Shown here: piece by piece, positions 1 through 7,197 of the stretch
Layout: every line of letters begins with the position of its first letter
How positions within the stretch are numbered: position 1 is the first letter of the stretch
Virus record (IMG/VR): IMGVR_UViG_3300024060_000003
Span: 1-36,557 of that record
Strand: one strand, 5' to 3'
From: a virus
Lineage: Duplodnaviria; Caudoviricetes
DNA: 36,557 nucleotides
Position numbers and translations under genes: made by a program
Notes under the pieces: generated by a model
The model's database searches: none
What the model saw: the letters and a program-made list of their open reading frames with translations, nothing else
What the model was told of the DNA's origin: nothing

Positions 1-62
1 TCATCATGGGTCACCCACGTCATCACGCCCGCTACGCGAAGGATCTTAAACGTCGTCGATAA
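1..62 (+). CDS. 3' end of a hypothetical protein (partial)
   Basis: Open frame from base 3 (IMGHPRHHARYAKDLKRRR) to TAA 60-62, directly before the SD AGGAG of the next gene. Confidence 0.5.
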   Translation, partial: IMGHPRHHARYAKDLKRRR

Positions 63-74
63 CAGGAGAAAAAA

Positions 75-482
75 ATGACGAAAGTGACGAAGGCTCCCGG
101 CTTTGTTTCCGCCGAGATAACATCCCTGCCGAAGAATGTGCGCTTCTTGTATGAGGCTCCGGATGGCGCGTACCTCACGGTCTCTGCACAACGCGCGGAA
201 CGTTCGCTGGCCTCTAATAATTACAACGCTAAGAAGGCTATCCCGGCAGGCTCACTGATCATCGTCACGGAGGGTGGTCACCTCTATACACTCAACGGTA
301 ACAGCGGGCTCATAGGACTCGGAAAGAACGAACGCAGCGGTTACGCGCAACTGATGGTTCAGCGCGTTAACATGGCAGTCACCATCAGTGAATATCGGGC
401 GAGCCCAAAGAAGAGTAAGAAGACCAAGGTCGAAAAGAACAAGAAAGCCAAGAAGAAGAGGACGGTCAAGAAAAAACGATGA
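75..482 (+). CDS. hypothetical protein with Lys-rich C-terminal tail
   Basis: 135 aa ORF, SD CAGGAG upstream, C-terminus KKSKKTKVEKNKKAKKKRTVKKKR. Confidence 0.8.
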   Translation: MTKVTKAPGFVSAEITSLPKNVRFLYEAPDGAYLTVSAQRAERSLASNNYNAKKAIPAGSLIIVTEGGHLYTLNGNSGLIGLGKNERSGYAQLMVQRVNMAVTISEYRASPKKSKKTKVEKNKKAKKKRTVKKKR

Positions 483-658
483 ACTCGCTGCAGAAACTGC
501 ACCAGACCGTGAAGAAAAGGGTCGAGCACGTTCGCGACGAGGGTGCATACTTCGTTAGCCACATCGTGATCCTATGGGACGGGCGAGACATCAAATCAAT
601 CTCTTCGGACGGCAGTACGCTCACCAAGTACGACGGGAAAGACACGAAGGATGCATGA
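479..658 (+). CDS. hypothetical protein (59 aa, not in ORF track)
   Basis: MNSLQKLHQTVKKRVEHVRDEG...DGKDTKDA; ATGA overlaps with both neighbours. Confidence 0.7.
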   Translation: MNSLQKLHQTVKKRVEHVRDEGAYFVSHIVILWDGRDIKSISSDGSTLTKYDGKDTKDA

Positions 659-834
659 CGTTTCACGCCGCACAAAGAGGTGAGTGGATGAGCTTTTGGA
701 GTAAGCCTCTTTGCTTCCAGGTCTATCAGCATGTTGGGCCTGCCCGTGTTCCTGCGTGGCAGCTCAAGCAGTTTCTAAACGAGCAGGTCGCGGCAGTCAA
801 AGCTTACAATGGTCCGCACGAGCCCGCATGGTAA
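655..834 (+). CDS. hypothetical protein
   Basis: ATGA-coupled start at 655 within track ORF 574..834. Confidence 0.6.
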   Translation: MTFHAAQRGEWMSFWSKPLCFQVYQHVGPARVPAWQLKQFLNEQVAAVKAYNGPHEPAW

Positions 835-998
835 GCGAACGCATCATCCGTACCTTCTGCTTTCACGCATGGGGGAAGTGGTCGGATCGATTCCAAGGAA
901 CGTGGGTGGACCCTGTGGAACATTCCACGGAAGGGTACATGAGCCAGAAGCGCACCTGCAAAAAATGCGGCAGGATTTCTTATCGGAAGTGCCAATGA
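828..998 (+). CDS. small Cys/His protein (FCxHxW...CxxC), DUF1660-like prophage protein
   Basis: MVSERIIRTFCFHAWGKW...RTCKKCG; start overlaps the end of the previous gene. Confidence 0.65.
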   Translation: MVSERIIRTFCFHAWGKWSDRFQGTWVDPVEHSTEGYMSQKRTCKKCGRISYRKCQ

Positions 999-1204
999 AG
1001 TGGCTGAAACAACTGTTTTGCAGGCACCAGTGGACTAACGATGCTGAGGAAGGTATTTCTCCTCTCGTCAACCTGGAGACGTGCTCGCAGGCTGATGCCT
1101 TCCGTTACAACAGAGGCTGGTGCAAGCGATGTCGCCGCTACCAGAAGCCAAGCATATATCTCTGCGGCAGTGAACACTGGGACGCGAAGGTGAGGTATAG
1201 ATAG
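995..1204 (+). CDS. small Cys/His protein (FCxHxW...CxxC), DUF1660-like prophage protein
   Basis: MKWLKQLFCRHQW...WCKRCR; ATGA overlap. Confidence 0.7.
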   Translation: MKWLKQLFCRHQWTNDAEEGISPLVNLETCSQADAFRYNRGWCKRCRRYQKPSIYLCGSEHWDAKVRYR

Positions 1205-1206
1205 CG

Positions 1207-1509
1207 ATGCCCTGTAGCGAACCGACAATGACGAAACGTGACGACCTTGCCTATGTGACGGGCGAGCTGATCAACACTTTTTCTGCGCGTAAGTGCGACG
1301 CTCTATTCGGTAAGGTTCCGGCGTGGGTAGCGGAGAGGAGGTACATCTATCCGATGGGGCACCAGCTGGACGAGGCAGTCCAGGTTCTCTGTGATTTTTG
1401 CAAGGAGATGGGTGACGACTTCATTTATAACGGCAGAGATCGAGACTGTCGTCACCTCGCCGATTGGTGGGATGATCATAAAGAATCGAAAGGGCACGAG
1501 CCAATATGA
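1207..1509 (+). CDS. hypothetical protein
   Basis: 100 aa ORF filling the gap between coupled genes. Confidence 0.75.
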   Translation: MPCSEPTMTKRDDLAYVTGELINTFSARKCDALFGKVPAWVAERRYIYPMGHQLDEAVQVLCDFCKEMGDDFIYNGRDRDCRHLADWWDDHKESKGHEPI

Positions 1510-1676
1510 GCGAACCATGGTACTGGGTCCTTGTATTCGCAGCCGTCGGAACTAGCTTCCTGATAGGACGTTGGTGCGGGATTCGTGATTTCGAAAAAGC
1601 GTTCCTGAGTTCGAAAAAGCGCTCGATGAAGAAAATAGAAAAACTGCGCGATGAAGAAAATAGAAAAACTGGATGA
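1506..1676 (+). CDS. small membrane-anchored hypothetical protein (56 aa, not in track)
   Basis: MSEPWYWVLVFAAVGTSFLIGRWCG..., N-terminal hydrophobic helix, ATGA overlap. Confidence 0.6.
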   Translation: MSEPWYWVLVFAAVGTSFLIGRWCGIRDFEKAFLSSKKRSMKKIEKLRDEENRKTG

Positions 1677-1679
1677 AGA
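1590..1679 (+). repeat. two short direct-repeat pairs
   Basis: TTCGAAAAAGCG at 1590-1601 and 1610-1621; CGATGAAGAAAATAGAAAAACTG at 1624-1646 and 1649-1671, with a partial third copy at 1672-1679. Confidence 0.9.
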
Positions 1680-1908
1680 GCACGCCAAAGTCTACACCGA
1701 CATGGGCTACGGCATGCCGATTCGCTTGGATGGCGAACTCGTCGCATTGGGTCCGTTCCTTTTCACCGTTGGCATTATCGTCGGCATGGATGAGAGCGGT
1801 TATAAACATCGCTTCTGTTACCACAATGAGAACGAAGCCATGATCGCTTTCCTGGCGTGGATTGGCTCCGATGACGACGAGCCCATAGGTTACATCACGA
1901 AAAAATGA
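1651..1908 (+). CDS. hypothetical protein
   Basis: 85 aa ORF in the gene run. Confidence 0.7.
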   Translation: MKKIEKLDEEHAKVYTDMGYGMPIRLDGELVALGPFLFTVGIIVGMDESGYKHRFCYHNENEAMIAFLAWIGSDDDEPIGYITKK

Positions 1909-1972
1909 ATGCGCAAGCGGAGCTACCACACTGGACGAAAACGGTTCAAAGCACTAGAGGAGGAGAGACACC

Positions 1973-2203
1973 GTGACCACCAGGAAAGAGTTGATGCTGA
2001 AGCAATGCGTCGAACTCGGAGACGCAATAGGCGAAAAACAATGGGAGGACGCAAGGCTGCGGCTCCAGCGGCTCGTCGAGATCATCTTGGGCGAGAGCAT
2101 AAAATCAAGCGCTGATACGAGGAAAGACTATGTTCGGTCTTCCGCCCCCAGGTATTGGGGAAATTCTGGATACTCTGGTGGCTGTACGCTGGCGGCGGCT
2201 TGA
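1973..2203 (+). CDS. hypothetical protein
   Basis: GTG start with strong SD GAGGAGG; competes with overlapping ORF 1909..2115. Confidence 0.5.
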   Translation: MTTRKELMLKQCVELGDAIGEKQWEDARLRLQRLVEIILGESIKSSADTRKDYVRSSAPRYWGNSGYSGGCTLAAA

Positions 2204-2207
2204 CGCA

Positions 2208-2372
2208 ATGATCGATAAGAAACCAGACATCAATAAGAAACCTGATCCTGACACTGAGCCCGATTGGACCGGTAGTTGCGAATCATGTGGCGCGAGTCCG
2301 ATTGTTCCAGTGACCGGTCTGTGCGGACCCTGTACGTGGGGAGAAGCTGATACCGCAGGTGGAAATTGGTGA
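2208..2372 (+). CDS. small CxxC...CxxC zinc-finger-like protein
   Basis: CESCGASPIVPVTGLCGPC; the start could alternatively be 2130. Confidence 0.7.
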   Translation: MIDKKPDINKKPDPDTEPDWTGSCESCGASPIVPVTGLCGPCTWGEADTAGGNW

Positions 2373-2663
2373 GTGACCCGTTATTTTCGAAGAGAGCGAA
2401 CGACAGATTGGTATAACCGACCGAGGGTATGGAAAGAGATGAGAATCGTTACATTCAACAACAAAGGCAGTGGTCATCTGTTCAACGAGAAAAAGGGCAT
2501 GACTGCCTGCGGGAAGAAGTGGCCCGGTCCTAATGGCGAGCTGGAGATCCGTGAACCTCAGGCTGCTGACTACTCCAATGACCGCAAGCTCCACCTCTGC
2601 GGCAACTGCGAGAAGGTGATCACTTCAGCTGGCTCAACTATGTATTGGAGATTCGTCCAATGA
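2373..2663 (+). CDS. hypothetical protein, His/Cys metal-binding pattern
   Basis: GH...TACG...LCGNC; GTG immediately after the previous stop. Confidence 0.65.
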   Translation: MTRYFRRERTTDWYNRPRVWKEMRIVTFNNKGSGHLFNEKKGMTACGKKWPGPNGELEIREPQAADYSNDRKLHLCGNCEKVITSAGSTMYWRFVQ

Positions 2664-3022
2664 GCACTCCACTACGTACAGCAGTAATGCGCATCATGTC
2701 AGAGATGCTGGACGATCCCGATGAGCACGGCATCTATCCGACTGGTCGATTCATGGATCGCATCGAGGCTCTGTTGCATTCAATGATGGGAGCACCAGAA
2801 GTCATGCAGCTGTCCGGATCGGAAGCTGTCTACGGATTCGTGGCTTGGTTGACCACATCGGATGACTTCGAAGACGTACTGAAGAATCCTCCCTTCGGTC
2901 CCACTCAAGATGCAGCTCCATGGGCGGAGTTGGTTAACCAATTCTGCATAATCAATCAACTTGCAGAGCCACGCGAAGAATGGAACACATTGCTTACTCA
3001 CCCGGAGTCGAAAAATGACTGA
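2660..3022 (+). CDS. hypothetical protein
   Basis: ATGA overlap, SD GGAG, MSTPLRTAVMRIMSEML... Confidence 0.75.
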   Translation: MSTPLRTAVMRIMSEMLDDPDEHGIYPTGRFMDRIEALLHSMMGAPEVMQLSGSEAVYGFVAWLTTSDDFEDVLKNPPFGPTQDAAPWAELVNQFCIINQLAEPREEWNTLLTHPESKND

Positions 3023-3473
3023 CCTTACTGACCAACTAGACAAAATTATTCGGAAGGCTGCACTCGACGGTGCATTGACGGAAGATGCCGTCGCTCAATT
3101 TCATTCACTGGTGACACAGTGCGAATCGCAAGCCGAGGAGCTGAGATCGCTGAACAAGCTGAATAACGAGCTGATCGACAAGCGGGACAAGCTGACTATC
3201 GAACTGACGCAGTCGAAGACGCTGAACGAGATAGCAGTGAAGGCTGAACTCGAGATGATCGAGCGCGAGCTGAAGATGACCACGCTGGAACTGACTGCTA
3301 CTCACGAGAAGCAGCGCGTGCAGGATCACATCAACATGTTCACGACCGTGTTCCGTAATTCGGTGCTCAGGAAAGAAGTGATGACGCCCCTTGAGGCTAC
3401 TCGCATGGATCAAGGCATGCAGGGTCAGGGAGGCTACGCGTCGAAGGATACGGTCGAAGAAGAGGAGAAGTGA
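3015..3473 (+). CDS. coiled-coil hypothetical protein
   Basis: SD GGAG, heptad-rich L/E/K sequence. Confidence 0.8.
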   Translation: MTDLTDQLDKIIRKAALDGALTEDAVAQFHSLVTQCESQAEELRSLNKLNNELIDKRDKLTIELTQSKTLNEIAVKAELEMIERELKMTTLELTATHEKQRVQDHINMFTTVFRNSVLRKEVMTPLEATRMDQGMQGQGGYASKDTVEEEEK

Positions 3474-3640
3474 AACTGTGTCCGACTTGCAGTGGTCCTC
3501 TCGTTCGTCGTGATGCGTGTTACCACTGGCGTGGTGTCACCATGCATGGATGGGTCTGTGTACCGTGCAACTCGCTTTGCGATCTTAAGGGCGCGTTCAT
3601 AAAGTACACGCAGAGAAACTTGGATAAGCCTGCGCCATAA
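3470..3640 (+). CDS. small CxxC...CxxC zinc-ribbon protein (56 aa, not in track)
   Basis: GTG start with SD GAGGAG; MKLCPTCSGPL...WVCVPCNSLC. Confidence 0.7.
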   Translation: MKLCPTCSGPLVRRDACYHWRGVTMHGWVCVPCNSLCDLKGAFIKYTQRNLDKPAP

Positions 3641-3641
3641 A

Positions 3642-4025
3642 ATGAAACAAGACTTCGTGACGTTCTACAGTCCCGGTACTTTCGTCGCGGAGCAAACGAC
3701 TAGGGAGGTAGCGAACTGGAATGTGACCAAGGCAGTGGAGATGATGCCCGACATTGAGGAACGTTATGGTGCTCGACCGTACGGATTCCAGTTTCATACC
3801 AAGAAGCGCGGTTGGCGCGATCTCGAACCGAAAGAGATTAAGCGCAGTGGCATGTACTACGTTAATTGCAAAGTGGAGACGCTGGCCGAGATCGAAGGTA
3901 GAGCCGACCCGAAGGAATCGACACTGTTGTCAAATATGAAATGCAACGGTTGGGACAAAGTTGTATCTCCGAGAGAGGGCTGGGCTTGGACTCAACCGCT
4001 GCGCGAAGGGGACACCGTACTGTAA
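3642..4025 (+). CDS. hypothetical phage protein
   Basis: 127 aa ORF, coupled to neighbours. Confidence 0.8.
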   Translation: MKQDFVTFYSPGTFVAEQTTREVANWNVTKAVEMMPDIEERYGARPYGFQFHTKKRGWRDLEPKEIKRSGMYYVNCKVETLAEIEGRADPKESTLLSNMKCNGWDKVVSPREGWAWTQPLREGDTVL

Positions 4026-4231
4026 TGGGTTTTTGGGTCAAAGTTCGTGACATATGGTGGCAGCGACAGCGTGACACCGATCTCAACATTCTCTGGCCTG
4101 CATGCAAGGAGCAGACTCCGGATATCGAAATTGCGAAGGCAATGTTTGCGCTTCATGTATTTAAGGATAGCGCCTGGATCGAATTCTACGGGAAAGAAAA
4201 GCTGCTGAATTTCATTGAGAAATTGGAGTAA
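4025..4231 (+). CDS. hypothetical protein
   Basis: TAATG overlap; MGFWVKVRDIWWQRQRDTDLNILWPACK... Confidence 0.7.
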   Translation: MGFWVKVRDIWWQRQRDTDLNILWPACKEQTPDIEIAKAMFALHVFKDSAWIEFYGKEKLLNFIEKLE

Positions 4232-4234
4232 CGA

Positions 4235-4612
4235 ATGAACGGTGAGGGACAAGAGAAAGCATCATCACGGGAAGCGACATTGGACGCAGTTCACTCTGAC
4301 CAGTTAGGACTGTCAGAGCAGCTGCGTACTCTCAGTGAGATGCTTACCAAGATCGAGGAACATTTGTTAGGTGGTGAGCACATGAAGATGTTGTCGGTAG
4401 CAGCGGCTCAGTCCAAAGCTACTCTTGGCGAGGAGGGGTTGATGCCAGGGCAAGCAGTAATGCCAGCACCGACATTGGATGCGCCGACACACAAAGGGCT
4501 GCTGCTTCAGATGTGCGATCTGGGTACCAACAACGCGCATAGCGTACTTGATATGCAGAGACGGCTTTCTAGCATCAGCCGACTTCTCTCTGTGCCGATG
4601 CCCAAAGAATGA
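4235..4612 (+). CDS. hypothetical protein
   Basis: 125 aa ORF, SD GGAG. Confidence 0.75.
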   Translation: MNGEGQEKASSREATLDAVHSDQLGLSEQLRTLSEMLTKIEEHLLGGEHMKMLSVAAAQSKATLGEEGLMPGQAVMPAPTLDAPTHKGLLLQMCDLGTNNAHSVLDMQRRLSSISRLLSVPMPKE

Positions 4613-4815
4613 GCTGCGTGCACAAACCTGAATACGATTCCAGTGTCAATGAGACCTACTGTTCTCTTTGCCTCGAACGTTTACCCAATGCGTCCAAAAC
4701 TAGCGCGTTCGAAAAGAGCTGGTGGCTGCGACAACACATCTTGGTGCGCACGTTCGTGTACCTCCTCCTTGGTTTCTGCATCGGTCAATTTATAGGGAGC
4801 TTCGCTGATGGCTAA
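4609..4815 (+). CDS. small protein with CxH...CxxC motif and C-terminal transmembrane helix
   Basis: MSCVH...YCSLC...ILVRTFVYLLLGFCIGQFIG. Confidence 0.7.
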   Translation: MSCVHKPEYDSSVNETYCSLCLERLPNASKTSAFEKSWWLRQHILVRTFVYLLLGFCIGQFIGSFADG

Positions 4816-5041
4816 ACTCGAAAAGAAAAAGAACACGCTGGAATTGAAGCTCGTGAAGCTCGAAGAGCAAGTTAAAACATTACAGAAGACGCTCGCAAGC
4901 TGGAAGGCAACGGGCATTCCGGAGAAGACGCTGGTCCTACTGCTCAGCCACTACACAAAGGTGCCACAACGCACGATTCGTCTGGTGATGGATGGATTCG
5001 ATAACCTGTACGACGAATATTTCACGGAGGATGAAACATGA
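4808..5041 (+). CDS. hypothetical protein
   Basis: SD GGGAG, overlapping start/stop. Confidence 0.75.
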   Translation: MAKLEKKKNTLELKLVKLEEQVKTLQKTLASWKATGIPEKTLVLLLSHYTKVPQRTIRLVMDGFDNLYDEYFTEDET

Positions 5042-5421
5042 GCTTCAAACTGACGATAGAAGTACCCGATAGCAAATTAATGGCGACTCTCAGGACGTTG
5101 AACGGTCACAAGGTGTATGTCGAGTCAACGGAACAATACAAACCCGGTTGGGTTGATCCGCGAAATAAGAGCGGTGCTAAAAAGGGAGATAAGAATACGC
5201 ATTCTCGCGCAGCATCTCGACTGACGATGACTGGGAAGACGGCGCAGGAGGGCACGATCATCGCGGAGGGTATCACCCTGTTTGAAAAGCTCGAAAAGCG
5301 CATGGGCATCGGTACCGTTACGGTCAAAGATTTCCGGGAGGTTCTGGTGAAGAACGATAAGCCCAGAGCCGTTGCTCAGCGTTGCGTCACGGAGGGATTT
5401 CTGTCCTACCCCGATGGATGA
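5038..5421 (+). CDS. hypothetical protein
   Basis: SD GGAGG, ATGA overlap. Confidence 0.8.
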   Translation: MSFKLTIEVPDSKLMATLRTLNGHKVYVESTEQYKPGWVDPRNKSGAKKGDKNTHSRAASRLTMTGKTAQEGTIIAEGITLFEKLEKRMGIGTVTVKDFREVLVKNDKPRAVAQRCVTEGFLSYPDG

Positions 5422-5452
5422 TGATAAGCTGCGCGCACCATGGTCATAGGAC

Positions 5453-5725
5453 GTGTCTGTGAAATTCGTCGTAGAAATCCCAGATGACACTATCGAGTGG
5501 GCTCGAGCAGAGGGGGTTAACCGGCAGACGATTGCCAAGTTTATGCGCGAGGAGCTGCAGATGATCTCATCCAGGCATGGTCACTCGCCTGAGCTGAATC
5601 GTCTTAAGATTCCCGGACAATCGCACGAGTGGCGCGGCTTCATCTTCAATGAAGCTCGCGTCTTGGTTCCCCGACCTAAGTGGGGTCGGAACCTAGCGCT
5701 GGACAAGGTGTTGCAGGGTAGCTAA
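5453..5725 (+). CDS. hypothetical protein
   Basis: 90 aa ORF, GTG start. Confidence 0.65.
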   Translation: MSVKFVVEIPDDTIEWARAEGVNRQTIAKFMREELQMISSRHGHSPELNRLKIPGQSHEWRGFIFNEARVLVPRPKWGRNLALDKVLQGS

Positions 5726-5730
5726 GTAGA

Positions 5731-5919
5731 TTGCAGACCCGATACCCCTTCCACTTAGCCAAAGGTGACGCTTTGATCCGTGTCGAGCTGGGGTATAGAA
5801 GAGTCACCGCTAAAGATATGAAGCGAACAGATTTTTTTGTTGTTACCGGGTTTTACGAGACCGGAGAGCCCAAGCTCCAAGAAGCGGATGGCAACCTTCA
5901 GATCCCCATTGAAAAATGA
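5731..5919 (+). CDS. hypothetical protein
   Basis: 62 aa ORF, TTG start, stop overlaps the next ATG. Confidence 0.5.
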   Translation: MQTRYPFHLAKGDALIRVELGYRRVTAKDMKRTDFFVVTGFYETGEPKLQEADGNLQIPIEK

Positions 5920-6122
5920 GTGACTGGTCCCACAATATATGTGAGCGTTGCTGGCGACGTCAGAAACCCGACCGTGAGCCTGTGAAGATTAAATATGCGC
6001 CCGTTGAGAATTGCTGCTTCTGTGGAAACTCGACTCAAGCGGGCATCTACACACGTCACGATCCTAAGGATCCGGAATTGAAGTGCGGTGGCGAACACGA
6101 AGCGGAGATGATCGTTGGCTGA
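5916..6122 (+). CDS. small zinc-finger-like protein
   Basis: ICERCW...CCFCG. Confidence 0.7.
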   Translation: MSDWSHNICERCWRRQKPDREPVKIKYAPVENCCFCGNSTQAGIYTRHDPKDPELKCGGEHEAEMIVG

Positions 6123-6205
6123 CGATGACGGCATTGCGCTGACTTGCATAAGTCACACTGAACACGGTCTTTCAGACGAGCAGATTATGAAGCTTGTTAG
6201 TCACC

Positions 6206-6279
6206 CCCCTCGTAGCTCTGGGGAGAGCAAACGGTTTTCAACCCGTCTGGATCGGGTTCGACTCCCGACGGGGGGTCCA
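6206..6279 (+). tRNA. tRNA gene with atypical 8-nt anticodon loop (TTC Glu or TCA register)
   Basis: Acceptor CCCCTCG/CGGGGGG, T8A9, D stem GCTC/GAGC, anticodon stem ACGG/CCGT with loop TTTTCAAC, T arm TCGGG-TTCGACT-CCCGA, discriminator T, encoded CCA. Confidence 0.85.
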
Positions 6280-6290
6280 CAGGAGCGGAG

Positions 6291-6554
6291 ATGGATAAAA
6301 CAAGAAGAGGATTCCTAACAGGTCTCGGTGCGAGTGCAGGAGCTGTAGCTGCAACTGCCGTGTCAGCAGTGCCCAAGATCGAAGAGGAAGTGATCAAGGT
6401 TCAGACGTACGAGCACGAACTCGTCAAGGTCAAGCATTTTCTGACGCATGGTGACGGTACACAAGATGGAGATCGCGCCATGCTGCAGGTGGATGGACAC
6501 TATCGGTCGCACGTGCTGCGAGACGGTAAGTGGCGAATGATGTTTCCCAATTAG
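6291..6554 (+). CDS. small protein with twin-arginine (Tat) signal-like N-terminus
   Basis: MDKTRRGFLTGLGASAGAVAATAVSA matches S/T-R-R-x-F-L; SD AGGAG/GGAG. Confidence 0.75.
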   Translation: MDKTRRGFLTGLGASAGAVAATAVSAVPKIEEEVIKVQTYEHELVKVKHFLTHGDGTQDGDRAMLQVDGHYRSHVLRDGKWRMMFPN

Positions 6555-6591
6555 GAGCAGTGAGATGAACTGAAGCTAGAGCACCCCCCCG

Positions 6592-6656
6592 TTGTGTATC
6601 ACCAAACGGCTTTTCAGCCGACACAAACTATTTAGTGGAACATTGGAGATACACAA
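6592..6656 (+). promoter_or_regulatory. predicted 5'-leader RNA structure occluding the RBS of ORF 6657
   Basis: TTGTGTATCACCAA (6592-6605) is 13/14 complementary to TTGGAGATACACAA (6643-6656); internal hairpin CGGCT-TTTC-AGCCG. Confidence 0.6.
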
Positions 6657-6977
6657 ATGAGCATCAGATTTTTAAAAGTAAAAGTGAAGAGCCTTGCCTC
6701 AGAAGCACGCATCATCCGACACGAAGAGCGGAAGACCCGTGGACCTATCCGATCCTCCTTACACGAGCACCGTGTCGGGGCTGTTCGAAGGGAAGCACGG
6801 CACACGTTACTGGCATACGGGTACCTACGTGCACGAAGTTACGCGCAGATGGAGCGGTCTCCAAGGACCGAACCAGCGTGGGACAGCGTCGAGCGTATGA
6901 TCAAAAAGTACGGACAACTAAAACAATCTATTGAGGAGTGGAAAATGGAGGGTTCTTCTACATCAGCAAGCAATTAA
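6657..6977 (+). CDS. basic hypothetical phage protein
   Basis: 106 aa, SD GGAG, LKVKVKSLASEARIIR...LHEHR...LAYGYLR. Confidence 0.85.
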   Translation: MSIRFLKVKVKSLASEARIIRHEERKTRGPIRSSLHEHRVGAVRREARHTLLAYGYLRARSYAQMERSPRTEPAWDSVERMIKKYGQLKQSIEEWKMEGSSTSASN

Positions 6978-7135
6978 AACGTTCTGCGCATTTCATCCGG
7001 TGGGGTTTGGAATTAATTCTCATTTGGTTTTTTGTATTCCCTGAAACTGGATTTTGGACTGGCTTCGTTCTAACCATGATTACGGTCGGAATTGAGTGGG
7101 ATCACATCGACTTTAAAGATTGGTCGGAAAACTAG
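6938..7135 (+). CDS. small membrane protein, AT-rich
   Basis: Two hydrophobic stretches (WGLELILIWFFVF, FWTGFVLTMITVGI); start uncertain. Confidence 0.5.
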   Translation: MENGGFFYISKQLKRSAHFIRWGLELILIWFFVFPETGFWTGFVLTMITVGIEWDHIDFKDWSEN

Positions 7136-7155
7136 TCCAACAAAAAAAATCTAGA

Positions 7156-7166
7156 TGTGCTATAAT
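7156..7166 (+). promoter_or_regulatory. sigma70-type extended -10 promoter
   Basis: TGTG-C-TATAAT, a perfect TRTGnTATAAT, in an AT-rich intergenic gap with an upstream A-tract; no clear -35. Confidence 0.7.
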
Positions 7167-7197
7167 AGCGTTCCTGTGTAATTCAAGGAATGCAAAG

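Noticed and set aside
1909-2115. Arg-rich 68-aa ORF directly after TGA 1906-1908
   Set aside because: It overlaps ORF 1973-2203, which has a strong SD and a more protein-like sequence. It cannot be fully excluded.
6123-6205. Small hairpins upstream of the tRNA (TGACTT-GCAT-AAGTCA) as a second ncRNA or promoter
   Set aside because: No cloverleaf, no recognisable RNA family and no correctly spaced -35/-10 pair.
6115-6318. Track ORF of 67 aa
   Set aside because: It spans the tRNA gene and has no convincing start or protein features, so it is probably spurious.
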